Shown here: positions 26,159 to 38,086 of the stretch, one piece after another
Layout of the letters: the number at the start of each line of letters is the position of its first letter
Position numbering within the stretch: the stretch's first letter is position 1
Assembly (NCBI GenBank): GCA_000182565.2
Contig: KQ257459.1
Length of the DNA stretch: 64,000 nt
Direction: 5' to 3' (one strand)
Origin: Spizellomyces punctatus DAOM BR117
Taxonomy: Eukaryota
Notes under the pieces: model-generated
Seen by the model: the letters and a program-made list of their open reading frames with translations, nothing else
Database searches by the model: none
What the model was told of the DNA's origin: nothing
Program-made: the position numbers and the translations under genes

Positions 26159-26488
26159 ATACGATGCGTCCCAGCCGTGAAGATGGGGAGCTGAAATGAC
26201 GGCAAAAAGCTCGGCTGGTTTCTCGGCTGTGTACGTGATATGACTCATCAGCGGAGTTACCAGTGTATTTCCCCCATCAACCCAACCGAATGCGGCCCGT
26301 TATTTTACTCGATGCTCATGCATGCAGTTTTAAATGCTCAAGAATAGTCAATTGAGATAATGTCATCATAATACAAAGAAAGTAGTAATACAAGAATTAC
26401 GGTACATGCTAAAATCCAGCAATCTATCCCCGTCCAGCTTAATACACCAGATATATACAGTCTTACCTACACAGGCGACTGCTGTCTT

Positions 26489-28354
26489 CTACACCTGAAC
26501 CTCCGACGTCCTTCTTCTATATCTGCTAATAGACCTCTTGAAAATCGCATATTTACGCCCAGGGTATGCCTTTATTGTACGCCATGTACGCCAACTCCAT
26601 GCTCGCCACGCTGCAGGCGAGTTCGCCTTGGCACGCCTCCTAGTCCACGCCATGAAGCTCCCTACAGACCACTCTGCTTTCATAAGTCTCTCCAACCATC
26701 GACCGAAATCCATGCTCCATTGATCAAATGTTTTGTAAAACAGCCAAGACACGACAAGGATCATGGCGAAGGTGGAGCAATAAACCAGACCTACTTTCAG
26801 CCACCATGGTCGGCCAGGAAGACCTCGAAAGATGATTGAAACCATGATGGAGCCAAATGTGAGGAAAACGACGGGGTGTAGGAGATACATCCCGAAACTG
26901 ACTCTTCCCAAGAATTTGATCGGGCTAATTTCGAATACTCGTTGGAGCAAGGGTGTTACTTCGAGGAGTAACGCGAAGCAGGTTGATGAATAAAAATAGT
27001 TGATATGAAATTGATACCACGGCGGCTCAAAGTCCCGTCCGATAGCAGCTTTACCAGTGTCGAATGACCAGCCTAAACAAACATGTGAGTCTTATGACTC
27101 TAATATACGGTATGATATCATCATCGAACCGCATGCACTCACCTGCTGACCATTCTGACAGTTTATCGGACAGTTTTGGAAACTGCACCATAGTAATTAG
27201 CGTCAAGAACACCAACGCAAGTCGAAACGGCCATATCAACCGAGATGACTGTATTCGTCCGAAAACGCCGGATTGTGCGAGATCAGCAAGCCACAGTCCG
27301 ACCATAAAATCGGCAAACCACGTTTCTGTCCAAAAGAACCAAAAGACCAAGACAGCGTAGATGACCCATCGATGTCGAAAGTACGATTGGGTAATTAGCG
27401 CTACTATAAAGACGAGGAACGATCCTTGCAGCTCTATGCCAATTGTCCATTGGGGTGCGTGTGGGTAATTGACTGAGCGTCCTCCTGGAACAAACTACTC
27501 GATCAAACGCATCAGATGCATTCGGCAGCAATGGAAATGAGCAATAACACAGTTCCACGTACCAACGTCAAGGTGTTTAATATGGCATTACTCAATGTCG
27601 GCTCCTCAAAGCCTTTGACTGTGCCTTCTGCCGATCGCCACGAATCTAGTACGGAAGCCGCGTCATGAACTGGCGCATACCAATTCAGCCGATACACTGC
27701 CCAATGTATCAGAAGGGATCCAAAAACAGGGATAATCAAGCGAAATGGTCGTCGAAAGAATGCGCTCGCGAGACGATCTGAATCCGGTTTTTTGAGATAT
27801 GCGATGGCAAGGACGCGACCCGAGAGAATGAAAAAGAGGCTAACCGCAAGTTTCCCTGCAACAAACACCTAAACACCCATGTTGAGAGTTTACAAGAGGG
27901 ATTCCATGTATATAATCATGACGATCAGATATGTGTAGCATACCTTTCCGAATTGATACCCGATCTTTCCCCAGTTTTCCTTGGTGGTTTGATCGTAACT
28001 CAAATTGTACAGTGTAAAGTGCTCATTCAAGACGATGCAAGCCGCTAATCCTCGAAGACCTTCCAAATAATCCAACTTTCTGACGACCTTTTTCTGCTCT
28101 ATCGGGGAAACAGGCGAAGGATGGGAAGTCACTGAGTGGGGTAATGGTTTCGTCAGCGAACATCCTGTGCTGGTGCGCGCTAAAGGAAAGATCGGCATGT
28201 CAATCTTTCTAGCGCTATTCTGTTTCTCGTCGTCAGAAACATTAAGGGTGACTTCGTCGGTTGAAGCTTCACTATCCACGGATGAAATTGATGACGGCGC
28301 TGGAATATGCAATACCTCGTGCTCTATCCTTTGTCGGGAAGCCATGTCGTTCAT
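26489..28354 (-). CDS. Acyltransferase family 3 (OafA-like) membrane O-acyltransferase, multi-exon
   Basis: KLDYLEGLRGLAA...H, AVSLFFILSGRVL, FFRRPFRL, QWTIGIELQGS, FLGRVSFGMYLLH, SWLFYKTFD, with multiple TM segments. Confidence 0.92.
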
Positions 28355-28877
28355 TATCAAGCTTCCCGTTTGAAAAAAAAAACAGACCAAAAAACCACTC
28401 GATGAAAAAGACCTTTACAAGTACCCTTGATCGTTCAGCCCATACCACTGCCTGCACATTACGTAACCGACGCAACTCCGCCACTGGGCCATGATTTCAT
28501 TTGCTATATTTGGTTACATGATACCCAATTGAGTGTGGTTGTCTTTTGGTTAAATCAGCCAAATGACGTCACGGGTCCTTGGAGCATTGAGCACTGGTTT
28601 GCTGGGCGGCAGAGAGCTTACGTTTGAAACGGCAAAATTTGCAATCATAACTCGGGCAGGGCATCTGGTCAATATGACTGTGCCATTTCAATAGCTGACT
28701 GTGCCCCTTGTGAGTTGTGATCTCGATTGACAATCCGACCAATTTGTGGCGCTTGTGCAGGGGGCTTGTTGGGCTTTCATAAAGTGCACGGCCACACTTT
28801 ATCCCCATGGCAACAGTGCTGCTGCGCACATTGCTATTCTGCGTTTGGAGATTTTCATTTGCATTCCACTCGACACT

Positions 28878-30516
28878 ATGACGAACCCAGACCCGCCGCC
28901 ACCTCTCATTGGACAGACAAACGGGGTGGACAGTGTTGTCAAAGGTGAGATTCCGAGTAAGTACCGTTCAAAACCTTTGGCTGACCATTTCGTAGATCTG
29001 GTTGCGGGCACGGTCGGCGGGTGGGCACAAGTCGGTGAGTACAATGAACCAGATATGCGTCAAGACTGAACAAGTAACGCTGATATTTATTTTTGTAGTC
29101 GTCGGACATCCCTTTGATACGCTGGCAAGTTGTTGGGCTATGCATGCTTGGTCATGAGGCTGTCATTGTTGATGCGAAAGAAATGCAGAAAGTTCGTCTG
29201 CAAACCCAAGGACCTAATCCAAAGTATGCCAATGCAATTGACTGTCTCAAGATAACGGTTCGAGAAGAGGGCGTGGGTATTTTTCGGTCCTTTATTACGA
29301 TTTGTGCGCTTTTGAACTTGTTTTGCAATCTTGGACAGGCTCTTGCCCTTTACAAAGGCGTCACTTCGCCATTACTCGGTGTCGGCATTTGGTGAGTGCA
29401 GTTCTCTTACACGTGCATAGTACGCAATGGAAATATTTATGCGCGATTAGCAATGCTGTGTTGTTTGCTGCAAATGGAGGATTCCGACGGTGGATTGGAG
29501 GTGGGCGGGAGGATCTCACAGTGGGTGTGTATAGTAACGATGCGCTTGAGTTCAAAACGGTTGTCATGACAAGGTACTGGCTTAGGCGAATATGTATTTG
29601 CGGGAGCCTTGTCTGGTGGTGTAATTGCATGGTACGTCCTCTTAGTGCCGCCGTTGTGCAAACCAAAACCCAACTGATCAGTTGTAAAGGGTCAACTGTC
29701 CGGTAGAGCTGTTAAAAGTCAAGCTACAGACACAGTATACCACTGGTTCTGAGCAGCAGGTAATGAGAACGCATGCCAGATCTCTTCCTTCATCCCTCTT
29801 GACGTTTGTTTTCTCGGCAAAAGTTCAAGGGCGTCTTGGACTGTGGACTCAAGACTCTCCGTCAACAAGGAATTCAAGGTCTCTACCGAGGAATTGGAAT
29901 TACGATCGTGAGAGACGTGCCAAGTTTTGCAGCATATTTTGGTACGGCATCTGCTGGTGCTTATCACGGTGCGTCAGCTTCTGATGTGAATTATGAAAAT
30001 CTTAGGCGCATATGAAGGCACCAAGGCCTACCTAAAATCCCACAACAAGGAGCTCAATCCCCTTCAACTCATCCTTGCGGGCGGTATAGCAGGCATTGCG
30101 GCATGGCTGCCTTGTTATCCCCAGGATGTGATTAAATCTCGGTATATATGGCCTTGACTGGTACATTTTTCTTGGACTGACGACTAACGGTATGCAATAG
30201 AATTCAAAGCGATACGAGGAATATGTCGACAATGCAGTATGCTCGTGAGATTTGGCTTCAGGCTGGATGGAAAGGCTTTTTCAAAGGGTTTGGACCAACG
30301 ATGTTGAGGGCTTTTCCTGCGGTTAGTGGTTCTTGACAAGTGTTATTGTCCTGTTTCCTAAACTGATTGGCGCCGTGCATGTCACTTTAATGATGTTACA
30401 GAATGCAGCAACGTTTTTGGCTTACGGTACATTTGTCGCAACTGTCTCTTGCAACTGGGTAACTCTGCTAACGCTCGTCATCTCCGCTAGAATCGGCACG
30501 AAAGGCTTTATCGTGA
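28878..30516 (+). CDS. Mitochondrial carrier (SLC25; carnitine/acylcarnitine or basic amino-acid carrier-like), 12 exons
   Basis: Three Px[D/E]xxKxR/K signatures after splicing (GHPFDTLKVRLQ, NCPVELLKVKLQ, CYPQDVIKSRIQ), plus LYKGVTSPL, RDVPSFAAYF and LRAFPANAATF typical of the CRC1/YMC group. Confidence 0.93.
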
Positions 30517-30728
30517 CACCTTATGGAGTGAAAGACCAAGATTGGATATTTATTTCAACATTTTACATAACTTATTGATGTCAAATTCATACACATGGCC
30601 GGTGCACCATACATCACATGCTTGAGTCCGCGACAAACGTCTTTTTCCTCCACATACATCGCAAGATCAGTGGAATTAAAATATTCGTATTAATGTACAA
30701 AACAGGCCCTCTCTGATTAATCATATCT

Positions 30729-31712
30729 TCAATGAACGGGTGCCTTCCCCTTCCCCGCCCGAATTTCCCACCGTACATCATCCAGCAAAAAACTGTAGAA
30801 AAGATAAACAAGCGGTATTGTCGCAGCATGCCACAAGGCATGTGCGTCGATTGCCCACTTCCACGGTGGAAAGTCTAGCAATTCCAGCGACATGGCAGCG
30901 GATATCAAAACAACAGAAAGAAGAACTTTCCATGCGTACGGGCGTGATCGCCAGTTATTCAAGAACCACCATATCCACACCGTATTTGATGCAACCCCCA
31001 CTGTGACTCCCGCAATCATGTTATAACCGTAATCAAATGGCCAAAAGGACAAGTACGATACATGAGCAACGTAAAACAGTGTAGCAAATCCAGTGAGCAT
31101 CCAGCTCTCGACATTCCGTCGATGCTGAAACTGAAAGACTCGAATGACGGCCAGACATGCCGCAAAGAGGATAGACCCAATCGCCGAAAAGTAGTCTAGC
31201 TTTTCCGTCAATGGAAAATCCCTCGCGTGAAATACGGTTGACCATATCCACGCGTTCACGCCCAAGAGCGCGTTCAAGAGGTATATTCGGCGAAGCGGGT
31301 ACCAGCGCGGAATGTGCCGACGAAGCTTTCGATATCCTATCCAATGCATGTATCCGTTCAAAATGGAAAAGATGACCGACGCTGGTTCTTGTAATCCCAA
31401 AAACCGTATAAATGGCCATTTGCCGTAATACTGTTCAACGGGATGCCCAGAGGCCAAATATGTTGTTGTTACATCGTGCATGCATTCATATTGGCAGTTT
31501 TCGCGGCATGTCCATCGTGTTAGTTGGAGAATGAAAGGGAGTTGGGCGTCAGCGTCGGGAGATGAGCAGGATGATTTATAGCATTTATGTACGCAGTTGA
31601 TGTACAGTGAATCGCGATCCCCGCGCGAAGCGTAACTGACTGGCGCGGCCAAGAGGAGGAACGTGAGTATGGTGGCGACATGCCCTGCAGCATTGGCCCT
31701 GACAAGACGCAT
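30729..31712 (-). CDS. PER1: Per1/PGAP3 GPI-remodelling protein, intronless
   Basis: Signal peptide then ASRGD, WTCRENCQYECM, QYYGKWPFIRFLGLQEPASVIFSILN, WSTVFHARDFPLTEKLDYF, LELLDFPP, IDAHALWHAATIP. Confidence 0.97.
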   Translation of the reverse strand: MRLVRANAAGHVATILTFLLLAAPVSYASRGDRDSLYINCVHKCYKSSCSSPDADAQLPFILQLTRWTCRENCQYECMHDVTTTYLASGHPVEQYYGKWPFIRFLGLQEPASVIFSILNGYMHWIGYRKLRRHIPRWYPLRRIYLLNALLGVNAWIWSTVFHARDFPLTEKLDYFSAIGSILFAACLAVIRVFQFQHRRNVESWMLTGFATLFYVAHVSYLSFWPFDYGYNMIAGVTVGVASNTVWIWWFLNNWRSRPYAWKVLLSVVLISAAMSLELLDFPPWKWAIDAHALWHAATIPLVYLFYSFLLDDVRWEIRAGKGKAPVH

Positions 31713-32454
31713 ATCGGTTTATGTCTGTCGTGTGGTGTAAGTGTGCATCGGAGATGGCCCACACGATCTCTTGCACGGCTCTCAGCAAAGCCACGTGCGC
31801 AGAGGCAGGGAGACATGGCTTTTTCGTTCATTGACGGGCATGCTGCCGAGCATGGGCACAATGTGCATAGAAAATAGTACGCCGCCTTGTATGCCGTTTC
31901 AACACAGCTGTAGCTGCTTTTTCTTTCACATGTACTGCTTGTCTGCGCATATGCGCATTTCCTTTGGACTCGCCATGCACAAGACAGGATTGTTGCATGA
32001 ATTGCGCCGCCATGTTGATTTGTTTGCGCCTTCCGCTGAGCAAGCGGCCGTTGCGATTCCTGCAATGTACTGAACAAACGTGCGCTTCTAATGAACGGCA
32101 CCTTCTGGTCCGTTATGTTTACTCTTTTAGCTTTGTGTCAACATGGTAACATGAACCCTCAAGTGTGCCGTTTTGCCAAACAAGCTCATCAGGTGTGAAA
32201 TAAACACAAATTGATGATTATCCAATCATGCAGGTCACGCCCCTCTGCTGCTTTGTCACGCGAGGAAGGTTTCGCTTTTGTTGAGTTTAAAAAGGGCTGT
32301 TGACCTTGGCTTTTCTCAACGGGGAGTTTGCCCTTGCTGAAAAGCCCATAGCCTTGTCTTGTTATAAAATCGCATCTTGTCGTCGTTGTTGTTTCCCTTC
32401 GGTCGACAGCCCTTTTGCTGCAATAATCATCGAAATTATTCAACTCTGCTTACA

Positions 32455-32883
32455 ATGTTTGCCCCGACATTTGCGCCTCCTGCCTCCCTCTTCCAAATAA
32501 CCCATCAGTATGAACCTTGCCAAAATACCATCCGAGAACCCGCTTTCCGCTCACCATTTTGTGACGCCGCATCACTGGAGCGAGCGAAATTGTACCGATT
32601 ACAGCGGTTACAAGCGATTCTAGAGGAAGAGCGAAAGGAGTTGGAACAGCAAGCAAATTCGGCAGCTGGGAATTGTAAAGTCCGAGACAATCTGGGGAGT
32701 GATGGGACTTTGACAGAATCCTCATCGCCAAAAGAGAATGGAAAACAAGTTAAATTCCAGTCGCATGTGTTGGTCGTCCCGCCTCCCCCTCCGACCAAAC
32801 CGCTTTGGCGACGAGGAATCAAGTTATTTGGAGCGCAACGTAACCAAGGGATCGTAGTGGAAGTTGCAGACTTGGTGGGTTGA
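32455..32883 (+). CDS. Hypothetical protein (~142 aa, short coiled coil)
   Basis: ATG-initiated ORF with LERAKLYRLQRLQAILEEERKELEQ and KQVKF (RVxF-like PP1-docking motif). No family recognised. Confidence 0.5.
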   Translation: MFAPTFAPPASLFQITHQYEPCQNTIREPAFRSPFCDAASLERAKLYRLQRLQAILEEERKELEQQANSAAGNCKVRDNLGSDGTLTESSSPKENGKQVKFQSHVLVVPPPPPTKPLWRRGIKLFGAQRNQGIVVEVADLVG

Positions 32884-33199
32884 GGTGATCAAATACCAAG
32901 AAATGAATTTGGTTGTTTGAAATTGTATATTTGTGTGCTTTTTGGTCGTATGTGTTGGCAGCGGGTTCTGCTCACAGTTTGTAGATAAGTGCGGTTTGGG
33001 AGGCATGTCTTAAATTTCGTGTAAAAGATGAATTGGGTCATTTGGGGGATTTGTCGATATTTTCTATCCGAAATTCTTTTGTTTTAAAACATGATTGTCT
33101 TTGCAATGCTAAAGAACTGTTTCCCATTCCAGCGTTTATCAATTCTTCTTGGCTGCCTTGGCTGCCCAAAATACCAACAAAAGGTTCTAAACTCGTAGC

Positions 33200-33559
33200 T
33201 CACGAGTCATTGACAACCCCAATCCTATAAAACTCTAGCATTTCCAACGCCCTCGCCGTATGGATATGTACATTGGGACAAGCGAAAATATCCTAGCAAG
33301 CATGTTTTGGAATCAAGCAAATGCACACACACATACACATTTTATACAAAACAACACAACCCAAAAGAGTTTTTACCGTGATATCCTTCCCCAACCATTC
33401 TCGAATCAACACCGTTCCACCTGGATGCATACTCTCATCTTCAATAAAGTCGGTGATATCGTATACGATTCCTGACAAGGAGACCCAGGCGTCTTGGAGT
33501 GTGTTATGCAAGGCCACTTGGGCAGCTGTAAAACTATCGTCGCTCGTGCTTGTTGACAT
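33200..33559 (-). CDS. Small soluble cytochrome b5-like heme-binding protein, 2 exons
   Basis: FTAAQVALHN..DAWVSLSGIVYDITDF...HPGG..LI...LGKDIT | intron | DIFACPNVHIHTARALEMLEFYRIGVV. Both axial His are present. An upstream in-frame start at 33739 is possible. Confidence 0.88.
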
Positions 33560-34351
33560 GTCAACCAGTTGGAACAAAAACAACAGCGTGATCAGTCCTT
33601 TTGGAGGAGGCTTGGATGATTTGTCATCATGACGTAAACAATCGGTGTAGAATGATCGAGTGGGATCTGGAGAGATTTTCATTGAGCAGGTCTTGGTGGG
33701 GGTTTTCCTTGTTGATTTCTTTTTTGTTTTTCTTGGCATGTGTTTTGCTGTGTGTGCGTGTGTGGGGACGTGTGGAGGAAAAGGTCCGTTACCGCAGTTC
33801 TTTGTTGGGTTCAGGTGCCAAGGGATCTGCTTGCCCGCATCACGCCTTGTCATCACAGCCCGCAGTGGAAAAGCACCGCCCGAGGGTTGTGAAAGGTCTG
33901 AACAAAAAAGCCTCGCTTTGGGGTGATTCATAAAGAAAAAGCAACTGGGGTGTTGATGGAGACTCATGAAATTGGCAAGGTTCCGTCACTTTGGAATGCA
34001 TGGAATAGATCGGAGGGGGGTCTTTTACCCTACAGGTTTGTTGCTTACAGTAAAATGACATATGTCAAAAAGGGCTTTCGGGTTTGTTGTTTGAAGGAGC
34101 AGTTTCCTTCAAAGGTGTTCAATTTGTCATTTACCTTTGGGCTTTTAGTAAAACGTACCATGCACGTTGCGTCTTTTATATAAATCTCACCCAGCACACT
34201 TCTGTATCTCTTGATTTTTTTTTTTAAAAAAAGAATAATATTATTCGTTTTTCTACATGTGTCTATAACATTCAATTCTTGAGAATAAGACGAGGGTGCC
34301 TGAATCGTTTTGTTGCAATTTGGGCTACGCTCGAAACCTGAGAAAAGCTAG

Positions 34352-34375
34352 TACTACTACTACTACTACTACTAC
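34352..34375 (+). repeat. (TAC)8 microsatellite just upstream of the kinase ATG
   Basis: tactactactactactactactac, 18 nt before ATG 34394. Confidence 0.9.
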
Positions 34376-34393
34376 AAGCTCCCTCCCTCCAAC

Positions 34394-35611
34394 ATGGGAC
34401 CAGACGTTGCGACTACTGCTGCTCAAGGGGAAGAGATGGGAGAGGAAACGACAGGGATAAAAGAATCTGGCAAACAACCTGATCAGGATACGACTTGTCG
34501 TCGTCCTCGTGAACCAGCACAGCAGCATGAACAGCAGCATCATCACCATCACCATCTCCACCTTGATAACCTCTTGATACCCTTTAAAAAGCTTCTTCAC
34601 ACACGGTCAACGACAACCCCTCCTCCCGAGACTTGCAATCCAAAAAAGGACGCTCTCCTCCCAGTCAACCCAATCCGCACCATGTCAAACCCAACGACCC
34701 TCCGCGAAAAATACGGTACACCCCAAACCCTCATTGGCCGGGGAGCAAACGGCTCCTGTTACGCCGTCCGCAAATCCAACCAACCTAAACCCCAATACGC
34801 CTGTAAAGAATTCCGACCACGCCATAAGCACGAATCCGAAAAAGAGTACATGAAGAAACTCTCTGCGGAATTCTGTATCGGGTCCCAAGTCCATCATCCC
34901 AATCTTCTCCGAACTCACGATCTCGTACTCGATGGAAATCATATTTACACTGTAATGCCCTACTGCCCACACGGAGACTTGTACACATATATCCAAACCC
35001 ACCCAAAACTCTCCATGGACCAAATCACCCATTTGTTCTCGCAGTTGATCCATGGCGTTGCCTACCTTCATAAAACCGGTATCGCCCATCGAGACCTCAA
35101 ACCAGAAAACATTCTCTTTTCCAAACCGGAGCACATCAAAATCATTGATTTTGGGTCCGCTGATGTCTACAAGCCCCCAACGAGTACCTTTAATCGTTTA
35201 TCGCATGGAAAATGCGGAAGTGGGCCGTATATCCCCCCAGAAGAACTCGCTTCACCTGCATCCTATGATGCACGTAAAGTAGACGTATGGGCATGCGGAA
35301 TTATCCTCATGGCCATGTTAACTCATCGATTCCCGTGGGCGAATGCGACAATGAGTGATGTGGATTATGCGGCCTATGTAAAGTATGTGGAGGCAGTCAA
35401 GAAAGGAACAAATGCTCGCCCGCCAAAGATTTTTGAGAGTCTCCCTCAAGGTCCTCGAGACCTTGTTTTCAAAATGTTACAACCCGACCCGCAACTTCGG
35501 GTGCAGATTGATCAAGTACTTGAAGATGAGTGGTTTAAAAAAGTGGATGAAGGGGAATCGCCTGATGATGACGACGATGAACAAAAGTCTGATGCAGAAT
35601 GTGGTCGATAG
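34394..35611 (+). CDS. HAL/NPR-family Ser/Thr protein kinase (Sat4/Hal4-like), intronless
   Basis: IGRGANG, YACKEFR...ESEKEYMKKLSAEFCIGSQVHHPN (HAL signature), HRDLKPEN, DFG, GKCGSGPYIPPEE, YDARKVDVWACG. Confidence 0.93.
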   Translation: MGPDVATTAAQGEEMGEETTGIKESGKQPDQDTTCRRPREPAQQHEQQHHHHHHLHLDNLLIPFKKLLHTRSTTTPPPETCNPKKDALLPVNPIRTMSNPTTLREKYGTPQTLIGRGANGSCYAVRKSNQPKPQYACKEFRPRHKHESEKEYMKKLSAEFCIGSQVHHPNLLRTHDLVLDGNHIYTVMPYCPHGDLYTYIQTHPKLSMDQITHLFSQLIHGVAYLHKTGIAHRDLKPENILFSKPEHIKIIDFGSADVYKPPTSTFNRLSHGKCGSGPYIPPEELASPASYDARKVDVWACGIILMAMLTHRFPWANATMSDVDYAAYVKYVEAVKKGTNARPPKIFESLPQGPRDLVFKMLQPDPQLRVQIDQVLEDEWFKKVDEGESPDDDDDEQKSDAECGR

Positions 35612-36289
35612 AAAACAAAACAGAAAAAAACTGAATCTTGAAAAAGACTGAAACTGTTCTGTAACGGTGTGTATATGCACCTAAAAAAAAGGAATAGGAT
35701 AGTCGGTATGTAGCATTTTTTTGGCAGTAGATAGCATAGTATAGCATTTTTTTTTCCTTCCGATTTGGGTAGGATTGATATCCCATGCTTGAAAAAATCT
35801 CTACAAAAAATAACGGTTGTTTTTGTGTTATGCATTGGCCTGACACTGAGTAAATACAAAATGATTACAATGTGTGTTTCTGTTCAATTTGCATGTTCTA
35901 CTGGTTTTTGCTTTTCGACCCGTGCTCCATCCAAGTTACCCACCTCCAAGGTGTGCTGTAGTTCTTCAAGGCCAGCACGATAATGACGCACGATTCACAG
36001 ATTCAGACAGGGTTTTCCACACTCTCTCAGATCTATACGCCCAGCCCACCGTCCATCCAAAGCACCCCTTTTTCTTGGGGGGCAGGACGGCGTAAAGAGC
36101 CTGCAAGTAGCAAACACCTCTTACATTCTTGCTCATGCTTTCACTTGTGTCTATACCCTTTTACATGTGCAGCGTAGTCCATGGCCAGCCACGACAACCA
36201 CGCCAAATACGCCCCACAAGCAACAAGCATCATCATAAACATTTTCAAAAACCTCTTCTCCAATACCCAATACAAAACCTCGAGACCGC

Positions 36290-38086
36290 CTACCGTCCTC
36301 GACCCTTGACCCCAACCTTTTGCTCTGCATCCATATGCTGCCACGAGTCAATCCGTTTGGGAGGCCGTGGCGGGAGTGGTTTATCAATCGCCACAGGAAC
36401 AGGGACAACCGGCACAGGAACAGGAACCAAAACCGGTCCATATGCCTCATTGTCATCAGAAAAGGGGTCCATGTCCAGCAAGTTTTGGATAGGTTGCGTC
36501 GGTGGATGGGTTGAATTTGGAATCGCCACGGAAACATCCGGTTCTGAGCGTCCGTTTTGGGAGGGTATGGAACGCTGAGAGGATAGAAGCTGTGATCGGG
36601 GAGTACCGACAAAAGAAACGGGACGCTGTTCGCCTTGCGTACGTCCCAGCCCGCTACTAATCGACGCAACCGACACGGGTCGTTGTCGAGCGGGTTTAAC
36701 AGGTCCCTCCATGCCACTATCCAATGATACCGATGAAGTCGTCGAAGAGGTGGACGCAGGTCGACTGGGCGTCGTCCCAACAATAGAATTTGGCCGTCGT
36801 TTCCGATCGAGACTCACAGTTTCCCGTGCACTCTCACCATCATCAAATAAATCCTTCCATCTCAAACACAGTACGGCAAATAACGTGCTTGAAAGCCCTA
36901 GTGTGGGGCAGAAAATGACTTGGAGGTTGGGTATACCCATTTTATTTGTTGGTTCCCGGGCTTGGACGCGGAACAGATGGCCAAAGAGGAGGCAGAGGAG
37001 GGCTCGATTTTCTAGAGGGAGTTGAGTAGCGAGGGAGCGGGCTTGAGAGAATCGCTGGGGATCCGCTGCAATTTGAGCCGGGTCGGGCGGTCCGTTTGTT
37101 TCCGGTCCTTGGTATATGTGAGTAAACTTTGGCGTGAGGGCGCTGGTTAGGGTAGACTCGGGTACTTTCATATAAAAGAAGATATCATTAGCCCGTTTGC
37201 AGGTACATTTGAAATGCACGGATACACGGAAATACCAACATTCTCTCAGCCAAGCTTTAAACAATGATGCAACGGCATTCGGATCAATCTGTTGTCCAAG
37301 CAACTCAACATCAGCTCCACTATTGAACATGTTTTTCAGATGCCCGACTTGGGTCGTCGACCCCGATACACGGTATATTCCAATTTCTTCAAGCCCTATC
37401 ACAATAAAAAAAAAAGAGTTTAAACATGAAATGTCCATGTTGTCTCTATAGTCAGAACCGCAGGAAAAAGACAACCCACCAAACACATCCAAAAACTCTA
37501 CACACCGATACGCAACCGCCGGTACATTCCTCACAATCCAATCCGGGTATCCCATATTCCCCACATTCCCCACTCTAGATATTTGCACAACTTCACTCAA
37601 CGACACACCAAACACCAAATTCGGTACATCTCCAGCCGAACGAGAAGGGGTATGCCCACCTCGAGCAGAAGCACGTTCACGAGCCTTGTTTTCCCATTCT
37701 CCAACAACGACACGAGCCTTGTTTTGGAGTTCGCTGCCTTTTTCGGCGGCGCGGGCTCGCCATTCGGCTGTGACTTTGGCGGCCTCTGAGGCCTTGCTTT
37801 TGAATTTTTGTTTGAGTTGGGAGAGACTGGGTTTTTGGGATTGGTTTTGGGTTTGGTCGGTGGGAAAGGTGCTTGAAGTGGTAGAGGGATAAAACGCCAG
37901 GATTTCTTCCGTGTCGTGTAGAGCGTCGGAAGGAAAACCTGGCGATGGCAAAGTCGATACGTCGTCGGCGTCGTTTTCAAACGGACTAAATTGGTGCTGC
38001 TGCATGTCGGTGATGGGTGCAAAGCCTTGGGAAGACGCCTTTGTACCCGGTCGTGGTGGGATTATGGGTGGTGGAAATCGGGACAT
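36290..38086 (-). CDS. RhoGAP domain protein, 3 exons
   Basis: VFGVSL, VPAVAYRCVEFL..GLEEIGIYRVSG (Arg finger), DPNAVASLFKAWLRELPE (after removing introns 37396-37479 and 37165-37239), NKMGIPNLQVIFCPTL, Pro-rich tail. Confidence 0.93.
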   Translation of the reverse strand: MSRFPPPIIPPRPGTKASSQGFAPITDMQQHQFSPFENDADDVSTLPSPGFPSDALHDTEEILAFYPSTTSSTFPTDQTQNQSQKPSLSQLKQKFKSKASEAAKVTAEWRARAAEKGSELQNKARVVVGEWENKARERASARGGHTPSRSAGDVPNLVFGVSLSEVVQISRVGNVGNMGYPDWIVRNVPAVAYRCVEFLDVFGGLSFSCGSDYRDNMDISCLNSFFFIVIGLEEIGIYRVSGSTTQVGHLKNMFNSGADVELLGQQIDPNAVASLFKAWLRECWYFRVSVHFKCTCKRANDIFFYMKVPESTLTSALTPKFTHIYQGPETNGPPDPAQIAADPQRFSQARSLATQLPLENRALLCLLFGHLFRVQAREPTNKMGIPNLQVIFCPTLGLSSTLFAVLCLRWKDLFDDGESARETVSLDRKRRPNSIVGTTPSRPASTSSTTSSVSLDSGMEGPVKPARQRPVSVASISSGLGRTQGEQRPVSFVGTPRSQLLSSQRSIPSQNGRSEPDVSVAIPNSTHPPTQPIQNLLDMDPFSDDNEAYGPVLVPVPVPVVPVPVAIDKPLPPRPPKRIDSWQHMDAEQKVGVKGRGR

